Source: an uncultured bacterium
GTDB taxonomy: Bacteria > Planctomycetota > UBA1135 > GCA-002686595
Assembly (NCBI GenBank): GCA_943787795.1
Contig: CALSNU010000002.1
Location: 192,001 to 256,000 of the forward strand
Direction: 5' to 3'
Length of the DNA stretch: 64,000 bases
Positions 39,596 to 50,800 of this stretch are shown here, in pieces. Both the position numbers and the translations under genes were made by a program. How positions within the stretch are numbered: position 1 is the stretch's first letter; each line of letters begins with the position of its first letter. The notes beneath the pieces were generated by a model. The model worked only from the letters and a program-made list of their open reading frames with translations, did no database searches and was not told the DNA's origin.

Positions 39596-41002
39596 TCAGT
39601 TGAAGGTGATCTCGTAGCCGTCCGTGAAGTTGCTCGTCGCCGAGCCGCCGATGGCGTCGCGGTACCAGGCCTGGAAGCTCCAGGTCTCGCCAGCCGACAC
39701 GGCCACGAGCCCAGTGGGCTGCGGGACCTGCGTGTTGTCGATCGCAAGCGCGATCTCACCGGTGGAACCAGCGTTCTGGATCTGGCCCGTGCCGACGTAA
39801 CGGCCAATCGCACCACCAAGGCAGAGGTCGCCCTGGCTACCACCGGGGTTCGAAACGGAACCCTGGGTCTGCGACGTCAGGAAGAAGCCGAAGGAGTTGT
39901 TCGGCAGAGCGCTGGCCTCGAGGACCAGGTCGTTCGCGGCAACGTTGTTGGTACCGGAAGCGCTCATCGCGGCGCCGACGCCGGTCGAGTTGATGTTGGC
40001 CGAGCAGTAGTTCACGCCCGGGGCGACCGGACCGCTGCTGCAGATCCGCCCGTTCCAGACGCGGGGCGTGAAGACGTTCCCGGTGAAGGGCGCGTTCGTC
40101 GCGGTGCCCAGGTCCAGCGTGATGACGCCATCGGCGCTCACGAAGTTCTGGTTGGTACCGTTTCCGTTCGTGTAGTCGTGATCCATCTGGGCGCCGGTGG
40201 TGAAGTTGTCACCCACAAGCGCGATCCCAGTGGCACCGGCCGGAAGCGAGAAAGGCGTGACGAACGGGATCACAGTCTGCCCGTTCTGACCAAGGCCGAT
40301 ACCCGTGCCATCATCCTCGGCCACGAGGGTCCAGGCCGTCGGGTCATTCTCGTTCCCGGCGTAGGTGGTCGCGCAGGTGTAGACCTGAAGGCCGACCGTG
40401 GTGGTGCTCGACGTGTTCGCGAGGAGGTAGTCCACCGAGATCGGGGCCGTGAGCGTGACGTCGAAGTAGACCGCACCGCCGGCAGCACCGCCGTTGTTCG
40501 CCTGGAAGATCGACTCTGCGCAGTTCGGGCCGCCGGGGGGCGGGGGGGGCGGGGGGGTCTGCTCGGTAACGTCAATCTGACCGAAGCCGGTGCCACCCGC
40601 GAATCCTGCGATCCGAGCGTAGTAGGTGGAGCCAGCGACAATGCCGCTGGCGGTCACCGAGCTCTGGAGGCCGCAGGAGTCGTCATTGCACTGGATCAGG
40701 TTGAGCGCGTTGCAGGACCCATCAAAAATCTCAAGCGCGGTGTCGTACGACGAGCCGCAGAGCGAGAACACGAGGTCGTTCGTGTTGGCAGCGGTGATGC
40801 TGTACCAGATGTCCGGGCCGCCGCCGCCGGCGCAGCTGAAGGGGAGGAGCCCTTCGTCGATGGCCGTGGTGGTGTCGAAGGCGGTCGGGGTGCCGATCGT
40901 GAGGCCGATCGCGTTGGCGCAGTCGTCGTTCGCCGCTTGGGCGGACGCACTACCTGCGGCCACGATCGCGGCAGCGACCGTCATCGTTGTTTTCTTGAGC
41001 AT
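39596..41002 (-). CDS. Secreted Cys-containing beta-sandwich protein (1 N-terminal module) with the shared C-terminal domain
   Basis: Signal peptide MLKKTT...ASAQA, an ANDDC...DIWY...YDT...CNDD module, a poly-Pro linker, and the C-terminal domain ending YEITFN. Confidence 0.9.
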   Translation of the reverse strand: MLKKTTMTVAAAIVAAGSASAQAANDDCANAIGLTIGTPTAFDTTTAIDEGLLPFSCAGGGGPDIWYSITAANTNDLVFSLCGSSYDTALEIFDGSCNALNLIQCNDDSCGLQSSVTASGIVAGSTYYARIAGFAGGTGFGQIDVTEQTPPPPPPPGGPNCAESIFQANNGGAAGGAVYFDVTLTAPISVDYLLANTSSTTTVGLQVYTCATTYAGNENDPTAWTLVAEDDGTGIGLGQNGQTVIPFVTPFSLPAGATGIALVGDNFTTGAQMDHDYTNGNGTNQNFVSADGVITLDLGTATNAPFTGNVFTPRVWNGRICSSGPVAPGVNYCSANINSTGVGAAMSASGTNNVAANDLVLEASALPNNSFGFFLTSQTQGSVSNPGGSQGDLCLGGAIGRYVGTGQIQNAGSTGEIALAIDNTQVPQPTGLVAVSAGETWSFQAWYRDAIGGSATSNFTDGYEITFN

Positions 41003-41312
41003 GTCGAGAAGCAGTAGGAAAGTACGAGGGTAACCAGCTCGAGCATCGAGACTGGTCCCCGATAAGGGAAGGGGAACGCGCGTCTAGGGCGCCCCCTCGT
41101 GAGGCTACTCAATCCCATTGAATTCCGTGAGGGCGATAACGCCTCCGATTTCGGACCGGTGCCTCTGACCGTCCGCGCCGAGTTGGCTGGCCTCCCGCAT
41201 GTGTCTCATTCAGGGAGGGGCTATTGACCCGATCGCCTCCCGGCCGAGTCGACTTCACTCGAGGATCGCCGATCTCACCCGAGGGCGATCCGACGGGTCG
41301 ACTCGCGCGGAG

Positions 41313-42554
41313 TCAGCGCACGACGCCAGTGATCGGTACGCGGACCAACGGCTTCTTCTCGTACCCCGTGTCAAAGGCTAGCTCGCAGCGAATCGTTCCC
41401 TTGAAACCGGCCGGTACGTCGGTGATCTTGACGTTCGCCCAGATCGCATTCTCGCCCTCGACGGGCTGCGTCTTGACGCTCAGCTGCTCCGCCAGGGGGA
41501 CCTCGAGACCGAGGGTTCCTCGGATGTAAGCCCTCGCCTTCGAGAGATCGATACCGGGCTTCGTCGCCACGAGCTTGACTCGCTGCAGGTAGTTCTGCCC
41601 GGCGCGGAGCTGGCCAAAGCTGACCACCCCCGGCGAGATCTCAAGGTCTCCAAGAACACGGAAGTTCGTGAGGACGTTGACGCAGAAATGGGCTGAGGTG
41701 GGCCCGAAGACCCGGCCCCGCTTCAGCGCCGCCTCGCGACGCCTTCGAAGGAGCGGCGTCTCCGGCATCGGGTGATCGGAGACCAGGAGGAAGCGGTAGC
41801 CGCCGGGGCCCTCGTCCATCCCAGGGGCAAGCTGGATGCGGAGCTTCCAGTGGGTCGATCGACCATCAGCCAGTGGACGCACAGGATCCAGCTGGAACGT
41901 CATGCCCCTTGGAAGAGGCCGCCTCGACGCCTCATCCTGGGTGAATCGCACCGGCTTGCCGGTTGTGCTGATGATGTTGATCTCGCCGGATCGCCGCTCT
42001 TCCTGCCGAAGGTCGCCAAAGATGAGCCCGAGAGGGGTCACCCGGAACCGAGGCTCGACGTCTGCGATCAACTCGAACGTCGTCGGCACGTCCGAGGCGT
42101 TGGTGACCAGCTGGACCGTGAGCTTCGAGCGATCCTGCTTGAGGAGAGTGTCCACCGCCATCTCCAGCGTGACCTCTGCTCCAGGGGGAATCGGCTCGCC
42201 GACCTCGTAGGGCTGATAGCTGTCGGCCCCGGCACTCTTGTAGGTGAGCACTGGATCCAGGCAGCCGCAGTTGGCGATCGCGCGCTCGATGACCAGGGGC
42301 GAGCCGCCGCCGGTCTTGAACTCGAAGCGATGGCTCAGCGGCACCCCCTGGCGACGCATCGGCGCCTGGAAGGAGGCCTTGGCCGGATCCACGATGATCT
42401 TCGGCGGCTGGTCATCATCCGAGAGCACGCGCTCTGACGGAGCGTCAACCCACCCGCTCTGGGCCGCCGCAGGCGCGCCAGAGAGCGTCAAGACCGTCAC
42501 CAAGAGGGCGGACGAGAATCGCAAGGAGAGGGCTGTTTGTTTCGTTCGAAGCAT
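41313..42554 (-). CDS. Secreted DUF1573-like Ig-domain protein
   Basis: Signal peptide, HRFEFKTGGGSPLVI...ANCGC and IPPG motifs, with three Ig-like segments. Start set at ATG 42554. Confidence 0.75.
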   Translation of the reverse strand: MLRTKQTALSLRFSSALLVTVLTLSGAPAAAQSGWVDAPSERVLSDDDQPPKIIVDPAKASFQAPMRRQGVPLSHRFEFKTGGGSPLVIERAIANCGCLDPVLTYKSAGADSYQPYEVGEPIPPGAEVTLEMAVDTLLKQDRSKLTVQLVTNASDVPTTFELIADVEPRFRVTPLGLIFGDLRQEERRSGEINIISTTGKPVRFTQDEASRRPLPRGMTFQLDPVRPLADGRSTHWKLRIQLAPGMDEGPGGYRFLLVSDHPMPETPLLRRRREAALKRGRVFGPTSAHFCVNVLTNFRVLGDLEISPGVVSFGQLRAGQNYLQRVKLVATKPGIDLSKARAYIRGTLGLEVPLAEQLSVKTQPVEGENAIWANVKITDVPAGFKGTIRCELAFDTGYEKKPLVRVPITGVVR

Positions 42555-42650
42555 GTGGTGACCGTGGGTGAGATCCGGCGACCCCATGCTAGCGCAGATC
42601 CCGACGAGGAGAAGCGACTTGAGCGTCAGGACCCGGTGGTCCCAGAAACA

Positions 42651-42691
42651 GCGCGCCCCCCGTCAAGCAAGATGCTCGACGGGGGGCGCGC
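42651..42691 (-). terminator. C6/G6 hairpin downstream of C-terminal-domain gene 3
   Basis: gcgcgccccccgtcaagca-aga-tgctcgacggggggcgcgc, followed on the minus strand by TGTTTCTG. Confidence 0.65.
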
Positions 42692-42731
42692 CTGTTGGCT
42701 GCAGCGGACGTCAGTCCGCCGCGGACGAAGA

Positions 42732-44513
42732 TCAGTTGAAGCTGACCTCGTAGCCGTCCGTGAAGTTGCTCGTCGCCGAGCCGCCGATGGCGTCGCGGTA
42801 CCAGGCCTGGAAGTTCCAGGTCTCGCCAGCCGACACGGCCACGAGCCCAGTGGGCTGCGGGACCTGGGTGTTGTCGATCGCAAGAGCGATCGCACCGGCG
42901 GAACCAGCGTTCTGGATCTGGCCCGTGCCGACGTAACGGCCGATCGCGCCACCGAGGCAGAGGTTGCCCTGGCTACCGCCGGGGTTCGCAACGGACCCCT
43001 GGGTCTGCGACGTCAGGAAGAACCCGAAGGAGTTCACCGGGAGGTCGCTGGCCTCGAGGACGAGGTCGTTGGCCGACACGGCGTTGGTGCCGGAGCCGCT
43101 CATCGCAGCGCCCACGCCCGTCGAGTTGACGTTCGCCGTGCAGTAGTTCGAGCCCGGGGCGATCGGACCGCTGCTGCAGATAACACCGTTCCAGACGCGC
43201 GGGGTGAAGGCGCCTCCGGCGAAGGGAGCGTTGTCCGCCGCGCCGAGGTCAAGGGTGATGACGCCGTCGGCGCTCACGAAGTTCTGGTTGGCGCCCGTAC
43301 CGTTCGTGTACGAGTGGGCCATGGTGGTGCCGGTGGTGAAGTTGTCACCAACCAGCGCCATACCGTACGTACCCGGAGCGAGGGTGAACGGGGTCACGAG
43401 ATCGACAACGGTTTGGGCTCCAACGCCAGCGCCGATGCCCAGGCCGTCATCCTCGGCCACGAGAGTCCACGCACCAGGGTTGCCCGCGTTGCCCAGGTAG
43501 GTAGCGGGAGTCGTGTAGACCGAGATCGCCGGGATGGCGCCGGCCGTGTTGAGACTCAGCTGAGCAATCGAGATGGACTGCGTGACGGTGATGTCGAAGT
43601 AGACCGCCCCGCCGGCAGCGCCGCCGTTGTTGTTCATGAAGGTCGTCTCAGCGCAGTTCGGCGCCGGGGGCGGGGGCGGAGTCTGCTCGTTGACAACGAT
43701 GGTCCCGAAGCCCGTGGCGCCGTTCCAGCCGCCAACGCGGGCGAAATATGTGGTGCCTGCCGTGACGCCGGCAACCGTGACGCCGCTCTGGAGGCCGCAC
43801 GAGTCGTCGTTGCACTCAATGAGGTTGAGCGCTCCGCAGGTGCCGTCGTAGATCTCGAGGGCGGTGTCGTAGCTCGAGCCGCAGAGCTCGAAGCGGAGAT
43901 CCTGAGTAGTGGCAGCCGTGAAGCTGTACCAGATATCAGGAGCGCCACCAGCGCACGCCCAGGCGAGGAGACCCTCGTCGAGCGCGACCGAGTTGTCGGT
44001 GGCGGCCGGGGTCGCCAGCGTGAGCGCAGCGGCGGTGGCGCAGGTGTCGTTGCTCGCGCCCGGGGGCGGGGTGACCTCGGCGATGTTGAGCGTGCCAAAG
44101 CCGGTTCCGCCGTTGAAGCCCGCAATTCGGATCAGGAACTGATCGCCGACGCTGACGCCGCTGAGGGTGGCGCCGCTCTGGAGCCCGCAGAAGTCATCGT
44201 TGCAGATGATCTCGATCGGGGCCGCACAGGTGCCGCTGTACAGGGTCAGGGCGGTGTCGTAGCTCGACCCGCAGAGGTCGATGGCGACGTCGTCGGTCGA
44301 CGCGGCGGTGTAGGAGTACCAGATGTCGGGTCCGCCGTTCGCCGCGCAGTTGAACGGGATGACGCCCTCATCGATGGCGAGGGTCGTGTCGAAGGCCGTG
44401 GCGCCGAGGGGAGCGGCGATAGCCGTCGCGCAGTCATCGTTGGCCGCCTGCGCAGAGGCGGCGCTCGCGACACAGAGCGCCGCTACGAACGTGGTGCTTG
44501 TCTTCTTAAACAT
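42732..44513 (-). CDS. Paralog of 39596-41002 with 2 N-terminal modules and the shared C-terminal domain
   Basis: Signal peptide MFKKTSTT...ASAQA, two NDxC...CNDD modules, and a C-terminal domain nearly identical to gene 2. Confidence 0.9.
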   Translation of the reverse strand: MFKKTSTTFVAALCVASAASAQAANDDCATAIAAPLGATAFDTTLAIDEGVIPFNCAANGGPDIWYSYTAASTDDVAIDLCGSSYDTALTLYSGTCAAPIEIICNDDFCGLQSGATLSGVSVGDQFLIRIAGFNGGTGFGTLNIAEVTPPPGASNDTCATAAALTLATPAATDNSVALDEGLLAWACAGGAPDIWYSFTAATTQDLRFELCGSSYDTALEIYDGTCGALNLIECNDDSCGLQSGVTVAGVTAGTTYFARVGGWNGATGFGTIVVNEQTPPPPPAPNCAETTFMNNNGGAAGGAVYFDITVTQSISIAQLSLNTAGAIPAISVYTTPATYLGNAGNPGAWTLVAEDDGLGIGAGVGAQTVVDLVTPFTLAPGTYGMALVGDNFTTGTTMAHSYTNGTGANQNFVSADGVITLDLGAADNAPFAGGAFTPRVWNGVICSSGPIAPGSNYCTANVNSTGVGAAMSGSGTNAVSANDLVLEASDLPVNSFGFFLTSQTQGSVANPGGSQGNLCLGGAIGRYVGTGQIQNAGSAGAIALAIDNTQVPQPTGLVAVSAGETWNFQAWYRDAIGGSATSNFTDGYEVSFN

Positions 44514-44920
44514 GAATTTGAGGAGGTATACAGGGAAGAGAACCTCAGCGCCCAAGACAGGAGTTGGTCGCCGGGAAACTAAGGAGCGGAGATGGATAGC
44601 CGACGAGAGATTCCCGGGCTCAACTGAAAGCTACCCCAAGCGGCCGAATGCAGAGGCAGAGAGTCGGCGCAGTGATGAAGATCGGTTGTGGCGGGGCGTG
44701 AGGGCTATGGGGCGGTGGGTCGCTTTGGGGCACCTTCGGGTCTACCCTTACCGCTCATCGTCCATCGCGTCTGTCTCTCTGCCCAGCTCACAGACCTCCG
44801 ACACGTCCAGCAGCCGAGCCCTGAAGGCCGCCGCGCTCGGCCGTCTCTGCATGTGCGCTCTCGACTCTTGGTCGAGGGCCGTAAGGTGTGAGAGGAAAGA
44901 GCCGTCTACCCCCTCCTGAC

Positions 44921-46621
44921 ATGCGTCACTTCACCCTCATCGCAGCCGTTCTTGCACTCAGTTCCGGCGTCACGGGAACCGCTACGGCATCCCCGCCCCA
45001 GGACGACGCTGCCTTCGAAGCGCTCCTGGAAGAGGTGAACGAGCTCATGCTCCGGCTGCCGCTCCGCTACCACATCCGGGCCTACGAGTCGCTCGCTGGC
45101 TCCCGCGAGCCCGCCGCCATCGAGGAGCTCACACGACGCTACGACAAGCCCGATCTACCGAAGGATCAAGAGCGGTACCTGATGGCTTCTTCCCTGTCGG
45201 TGATTGGCAAGAAGGGAAAGGACGGACTCGTGGAGGCCCTTGCAGCCTGGCGAGGAGAGGCAAGTGCGGCCGAAGACGCCTGGCTGTGGCGGCATGCTCT
45301 CGAGGTGGAGATCCAGCTGGCAGGTCCAGACGGCGCCGCTGAGATCGCGCGGAACGCCAGAAGTACAGCCCTGCGCGGAGCCGCCATCGAGGCCCTCGCA
45401 GCGACCTCGAGCGAACCTTTGTATGACCTGATTCCTGAGCTGCTCCAGAGTCCGCCGAAGAAGGAGCAGGACCAGATCGCGCTGATGGGCGCCTACGCCT
45501 CCGCGCTCACCGCGCTGGGCAACAAGAAGACCCAGACGGAGACCCCCTGGAAGAAGCTGGCGCTCACTCTCGTGGCCACCTTCGAGGACGAGGACGTCCC
45601 GCGAGCCGCCAAGTTGATCCTCGCGCGGCACCTGGCCGCGGAGCTGGACGCGGAGGCCGTGGTGCTCGAGGCCGCGGCGTGGCGGACCCTCCTGGCGAAG
45701 CGTGCCCAGGAAGCCAAGGACCGGCGGAAGGAGGGCGACAAGGCCGCGCCCAAGGCCGACGACGCCGACGACGAGTACGTGCGCCCACGCTTCTTCGGTG
45801 TCGAGGTGACCGGAGAGCGGATCTGCTACCTCCTCGACCTGTCCGACTCCATGGCCGCCCCCATCCCGCCGGAGTGGAAGCCCAAGGGAGCGCCGGAGTC
45901 GGGCCCGAGGGTCCGCAAGAAGCGGAAGAAGGGCGACCTCCCCACCGAGGCCGATATCCCCTGGTACATCGTGAAGACCCGCTTCGATGTGGCCCGCGAA
46001 CACCTCCGGGTCTCCCTGGAACGCCTCCAGCCGGACCAGAAATTCTGCGTGATCGGGTTCGGCACAAGGGCCGAGTACATCAAGGGCACCAAGGGCATGG
46101 TCAAGGCCACGTCGGGCAACGTGAAGAAGGTCCTCAAGGAGCTGGACGGCATCAAGATCGGCGCGCCGCAGGGCGAGCGGGTCCACGGCACCATCTGGGG
46201 TGACACCAACCTCCACGCCGGCCTCAAGCTCGCCTTCGCCACCTCCAAGAAGGGGCGCGTGAAGGGCGCTGGCTACGTGGACCCTGACACCTTCGTGAGC
46301 GGGGCGGACACCCTGTTCGTCCTGAGCGACGGCGACCCCTCGGTGGACGACTACACCGTCACCGACGTGGACTACGGCGACGGGAGGGTCATCACCGACA
46401 AGGAGAGCAAGCGCGAAGGGAAGGAGCGGACCATGAAGATGAACTTCATCGGCCCCTACTCGAACTGGCCCCTGCTCCTCGAGGACACGCGCCGGATGAA
46501 CATGCTGCGCGAGGTCGAGATCCACGTCATCTCGGTCGGCGATGCCGACGAGCAGGCCCTGGGGATGCTCGCGGACATCGGCCTCGGCAAGCTCCAGGTC
46601 TTCGGCCGATCCAAGGACTGA
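44921..46621 (+). CDS. Secreted HEAT-like + VWA-like domain protein
   Basis: Signal peptide and a helical N-half, then FFGVEV...YLLDLSDSM (MIDAS DxSxS), TNL and LSDGDP. Confidence 0.8.
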   Translation: MRHFTLIAAVLALSSGVTGTATASPPQDDAAFEALLEEVNELMLRLPLRYHIRAYESLAGSREPAAIEELTRRYDKPDLPKDQERYLMASSLSVIGKKGKDGLVEALAAWRGEASAAEDAWLWRHALEVEIQLAGPDGAAEIARNARSTALRGAAIEALAATSSEPLYDLIPELLQSPPKKEQDQIALMGAYASALTALGNKKTQTETPWKKLALTLVATFEDEDVPRAAKLILARHLAAELDAEAVVLEAAAWRTLLAKRAQEAKDRRKEGDKAAPKADDADDEYVRPRFFGVEVTGERICYLLDLSDSMAAPIPPEWKPKGAPESGPRVRKKRKKGDLPTEADIPWYIVKTRFDVAREHLRVSLERLQPDQKFCVIGFGTRAEYIKGTKGMVKATSGNVKKVLKELDGIKIGAPQGERVHGTIWGDTNLHAGLKLAFATSKKGRVKGAGYVDPDTFVSGADTLFVLSDGDPSVDDYTVTDVDYGDGRVITDKESKREGKERTMKMNFIGPYSNWPLLLEDTRRMNMLREVEIHVISVGDADEQALGMLADIGLGKLQVFGRSKD

Positions 46622-46667
46622 GCCCGCGCTCCCCTGCCTGGCGCGGCCCCTTGGTGGGTCAGCAGAG

Positions 46668-47747
46668 TCAATCCGTCCGGGCCCGGGCCACCGCCTCGAG
46701 CCACCCCAGTCCGAATCGATCGTCGGGCTCGAGGTAGTGCCCCTCGCTCCACTCGTTGAGCGAGGCGACGAAGACGAGCGGGTCCTCGAGGCTGGACGGG
46801 AACGCGAGCGCGCTGGAGAGGTGCTCCTGGAAGTGCTCGGGGTGCTCGCCGGTGATGACCGGCGACCAGGGGTAGCGATCCGGGCGCGTCTTCCCGAAGT
46901 CCGCTCCCCTCGGTGAGGCGTCCCACCCCGGCGCGACGGAGGGCATGTAGGGGAGACCCGAACGGGCCCCGAAGCCGGACCACTCCCCCTCCCGCCGCAC
47001 CGCCATCTCGCGGTAGTCCTGCAGGGAGGGCCCCTTCCAATCAGGCAGGAACACGTAGTGGGTGACGCTGTCAAATCCGATCGAGGCGACCTCGCCGATG
47101 TACGCGGCGTTGGGCTCCACCGCGGCCAGGTGAAGCTCAAGGCCAGCCATCTCGCGCAGGCGCTCCCGCGCGGCTGAAACGGCCTCGCGCGCCGCCGCGA
47201 CACCAAGCTCCTTGATGAAGAAGGTCGAGTCGAAGATCGACAGGTAGACGGCGCCCCCGACTCGGATGTAGTTGGGCCGCTGGAAGTAGTCCTCGGCGAG
47301 CATCGTGATGAAGGCGACGAAGTCCTCGACATCCGAGGGGACCCGCCGCGCTGGATCGATGACCGCCGCCTCGGATCTCCGCACCGGCAGCACCCGGCGG
47401 GGCATGCGGTTGGCCCACATGAGCGCGAACGGCGCGGTGGAGCCCTCATCACTCCCTAGATATCCCTCATTCAGCGCCTGCTCGAAGACTCGCTTCCCTC
47501 GGCACCAGAAGACGCCATAGACGAATGCACCGATCCCGTGTCCGAGCGCGAGGTTGAGCCGACGCCCAACCTCGACGGGGTCTCGGTCATCGTACGCCCC
47601 CAGCATGGGCACACGGGGTTGCCCATGCCCACCGAAGCGCGCTCGACAGCTCCGGACCAGTTCCCACTCAGTGAAGCCCTCGTGGAAGCTGGCATCGCGC
47701 TCAGGGATCGGGTGCCAACCGGTGTAGACGTAGGCAGCGAGACGCAT
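46668..47747 (-). CDS. Glycoside hydrolase family 99-like / WbsX domain protein
   Basis: GFTEWELV, P.LG.YD, LMWAN, PGWD.SPR and NEWSEGHYLEPD motifs. Confidence 0.88.
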   Translation of the reverse strand: MRLAAYVYTGWHPIPERDASFHEGFTEWELVRSCRARFGGHGQPRVPMLGAYDDRDPVEVGRRLNLALGHGIGAFVYGVFWCRGKRVFEQALNEGYLGSDEGSTAPFALMWANRMPRRVLPVRRSEAAVIDPARRVPSDVEDFVAFITMLAEDYFQRPNYIRVGGAVYLSIFDSTFFIKELGVAAAREAVSAARERLREMAGLELHLAAVEPNAAYIGEVASIGFDSVTHYVFLPDWKGPSLQDYREMAVRREGEWSGFGARSGLPYMPSVAPGWDASPRGADFGKTRPDRYPWSPVITGEHPEHFQEHLSSALAFPSSLEDPLVFVASLNEWSEGHYLEPDDRFGLGWLEAVARARTD

Positions 47748-47875
47748 GAGAGTAGAGAGCCTACCGGCTCGGAGCAGCAGAGTCGTCCCCTGGGCCCCAT
47801 CGCATCCGCCCACTAAGTGACGCGATGAGTACAAAGCTGCGCTCTCTCGGCGGCTGGCCGACGAGGATAGGAGCT

Positions 47876-50800
47876 ATGGAATTCCCGATCGTTGCTATTG
47901 GACTGGCGTCCGGCGCTCTCGCCATCGAAGCCCTCCGACTGAATGCTCAGCTCCGGAGACGTATCGACACCCTCGAGCTAGAGGCCAGGTCGACCAGGCG
48001 GCGGCAAGATCGCCTCATCGAGCGTGCCAACGCCGGGGAGTTGGGCACCGTGCGGCTCGCTGGAGCCGCCGAGGCTGAGATCGCCAGAGAGGGCAGCGAG
48101 GGCTCATCGACCACCGCACCCGGTCCGCGCCCCGCGGCCCCTTCGGTGGTGCCCACCTCGCCCGGCAACGAGGCGACGGGCCGCGGCGAGGAGACGGACA
48201 GCAGCGCCTCCTCCGACAGCAGCGCCCCCTCCGACAGCAGGGCCCCCTCCGACAGCAGGGAATCCGCGGCGGACCGGTGGGCAGATGGCCTGGAGAACGG
48301 CGAGCTCCCCAGCGAGGCATCTTCCGCCGAAGCGCCCTCGAACCAGGGATCGACGAGCCGGCCAACGACAGAGCTTGATCGATCCGCTAGCCCCGCCCAT
48401 CGACGCGTCAACAAGACCCGAGGAAGCGAAGCCGAGAGCTGGGAGCGCTGGCTCGGCGTACGGGGCGCTGCCCTCGTGGGCGGGATCGCCCTGGTCTTCG
48501 CCGGGATCTTCTTCATTCAGGTCGCGATCCAGCGAGGTTGGCTGAACCCGGCCACCCGCGACGCGATCGCCGTGGCGGCGGGGATCGTCGGCCTGACCCT
48601 GCATGCGCCGCTCATCCGACGCGGCAACCGCATCCTCGGAGAGTCCATCAGCGGCGCCGGGACCGTGCTCATCCTTGGGGGCGCGTGGGCTGCCGCGCAG
48701 CTGCACGACCTGATCCCCCACGGCCTCGCGCTGCTCATCATGGGCGGCGGCGTGGGGGCGGCGCTCCTGATGGCGGTCCGCTCGAGCTCCAAGGTGCTGA
48801 CGGGGTTCGCTCTGATCGGCGGATACGCCACGCCGCTCCTGCTGGACACCGCCGCGACCTCCACCTTCCCCCTCCTGGGCTTCCTGCTCGTCCTGAACGT
48901 GGGCCTGCTCGCCGCCATGCGGGTGACCCGATGGAGTTGGATGGGGCTGGGAGCGACGCTCGGGACGTTCCTCGTCCAGTACATCTGGCTTCAGCTCAAC
49001 GACGCTCCCGGAGGCCCATGGAGCATCGTGCTGAGCCTCGGCCTCTTCCCGCTGCTGTTCAGCGCGGTGTTGCGGGCCGCTCCCGGTCGTAGTTCGGAGC
49101 TCCCGCCCGCGAGCCTCCTGGCTCTCCTGGCCCCGGCCGTGATCACCCTCCTGACGACGCCAGAGGTCACCAGCACCGCGAGCCTCTGGCCGATGACGGC
49201 GCTCATGGGCGCTCTCATCGTCGCCGCGCGCTTCATCCTGCGGTCGGACAGGCTCACCCTGGCGACCTCGATCACCGGCGGCCTGACCCTGACGATCATC
49301 GCCCTCAGGACCCGCATCGCCCTGTCGGGCGAGCTGACCGATTGGACCTGGATCCAGTGGGCCATCGGCATGTGTGGGATCTCGGGCAGCCTGCTCCTCC
49401 TCGCGCTCCGCGCCGGATCGAACCGGCGCAAGGACCTGAGCCTGCCCTCCTTCGCCGTCGCCTCCATCGCCCTCCTCGCGGCCCCCGCCGTCGGCTGGCA
49501 GCCTCAGTGGTTGGATCTCCCGATACCGTTCACCGTCGGCGTCCTGTCGATGGGGGTGATCGCAGGCGCCTCGGCCCTGATGATGAATGGGGTCCGCTAC
49601 GCCCTCCTGGCGGGGACCCTCACGGGCCTGGCGGCCAGCTTCATCAGCTTGATGCTGGACCATGAGTGCCTCCGGCCTGACTCCCCGCCGCTCCTCGCGG
49701 GGTTCGCGCTGGCCGCGGCAGCCCTGGTCCTCGGACGCATGCGCCCCGACCGCAGGGACGCCGCCGGCGCCCTGGCGGCCTCCTTCCCCGTGGTCCCGCT
49801 GGTGCTCCTCGTCCTGACCCTGAACACCTACGAGTCGCCCGCAATCACCGCCGCCCTCGTGGCCGTCTCGGCCCTGGGCCTGGCGACCGCTCTCCGGAAC
49901 CGCTGGGTCTTTGTGGTCGCCGGCCTCGTCGCAGGTGCGACCGCGCTCGACCTGACCGGATACCTCGGCCTGAGCCCGCGCTGGGGCGAGGCCTCCATGG
50001 TGCTGCCGGTGCTGAGCTTCTGCGTGGTCGCGGGCTCGCTCCCTCTCGCTGCCCTCTGGCAGCGTGAGGAGAGTGGCCCGAAGGGTGAGGGGTTCGCGCT
50101 CATCTCGGCGCTCCCCGGGCTCGTGCTGGCTCTCGCCGCGTCCCAATCCGAGCTGCTCGAGGAGGCGACGGGACTGGCCATCCTCGGACTCGACGGCCGG
50201 CTCGTCATGCTCCTCAGCGCCGCCGCCGTACTCCACCTCGCACGGCGTCTCGCGAAGGAGAGCGCCGGGAGCCCCAGGGCTCGCGCGGTCATCGACGCCA
50301 CCACCGTCACCCTCGCGTGGTGCGGCCTCGCTCAGCTCGTGAGCTTCGACTGGCCGACGACCTCCCTCGCCGGAGCGGCGGCCGCCTTCACCTTCTTCGC
50401 CGGGCGGGCGAAGGGGCAGACCGTGGCCGTGGTGGCCGGGACGACGCTGGGCGCCGCAGGGCTCGGGCTCATCTTCTCGACCTACGCCCTCGACACCTTC
50501 AGCCGCGAGCCCCTGCTGATCCCACTGGATGTCACCATCGACCACGCCCTCGTAGCGGCGGCGCTCCTCGGGGGTCTCTGGGGGCTAGTGGGCCGCAGCG
50601 GGCTCGGCCAACCCGAGCAGCCCCAGGAGATCATCGGACTCCGCGTCGGCCTCGCGTCGGTCCTCCTCGGCGTCGCGTTCTCGTGGATCAACGCCGTCAT
50701 CCTCAACCACTTCAGCACCGGCGAGGTCATCACCCTTGACGTCGAACGCCTGCAGTCCAGGGACCTCACCATGTCCTTCGCCTGGACGGCCTTCGCCATC

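Noticed and set aside
48197..48260. 18-bp in-frame tandem repeat (DSSAPS-like x3.5) in the DUF2339 gene
   Set aside because: This is an ordinary low-complexity linker expansion that preserves the frame.
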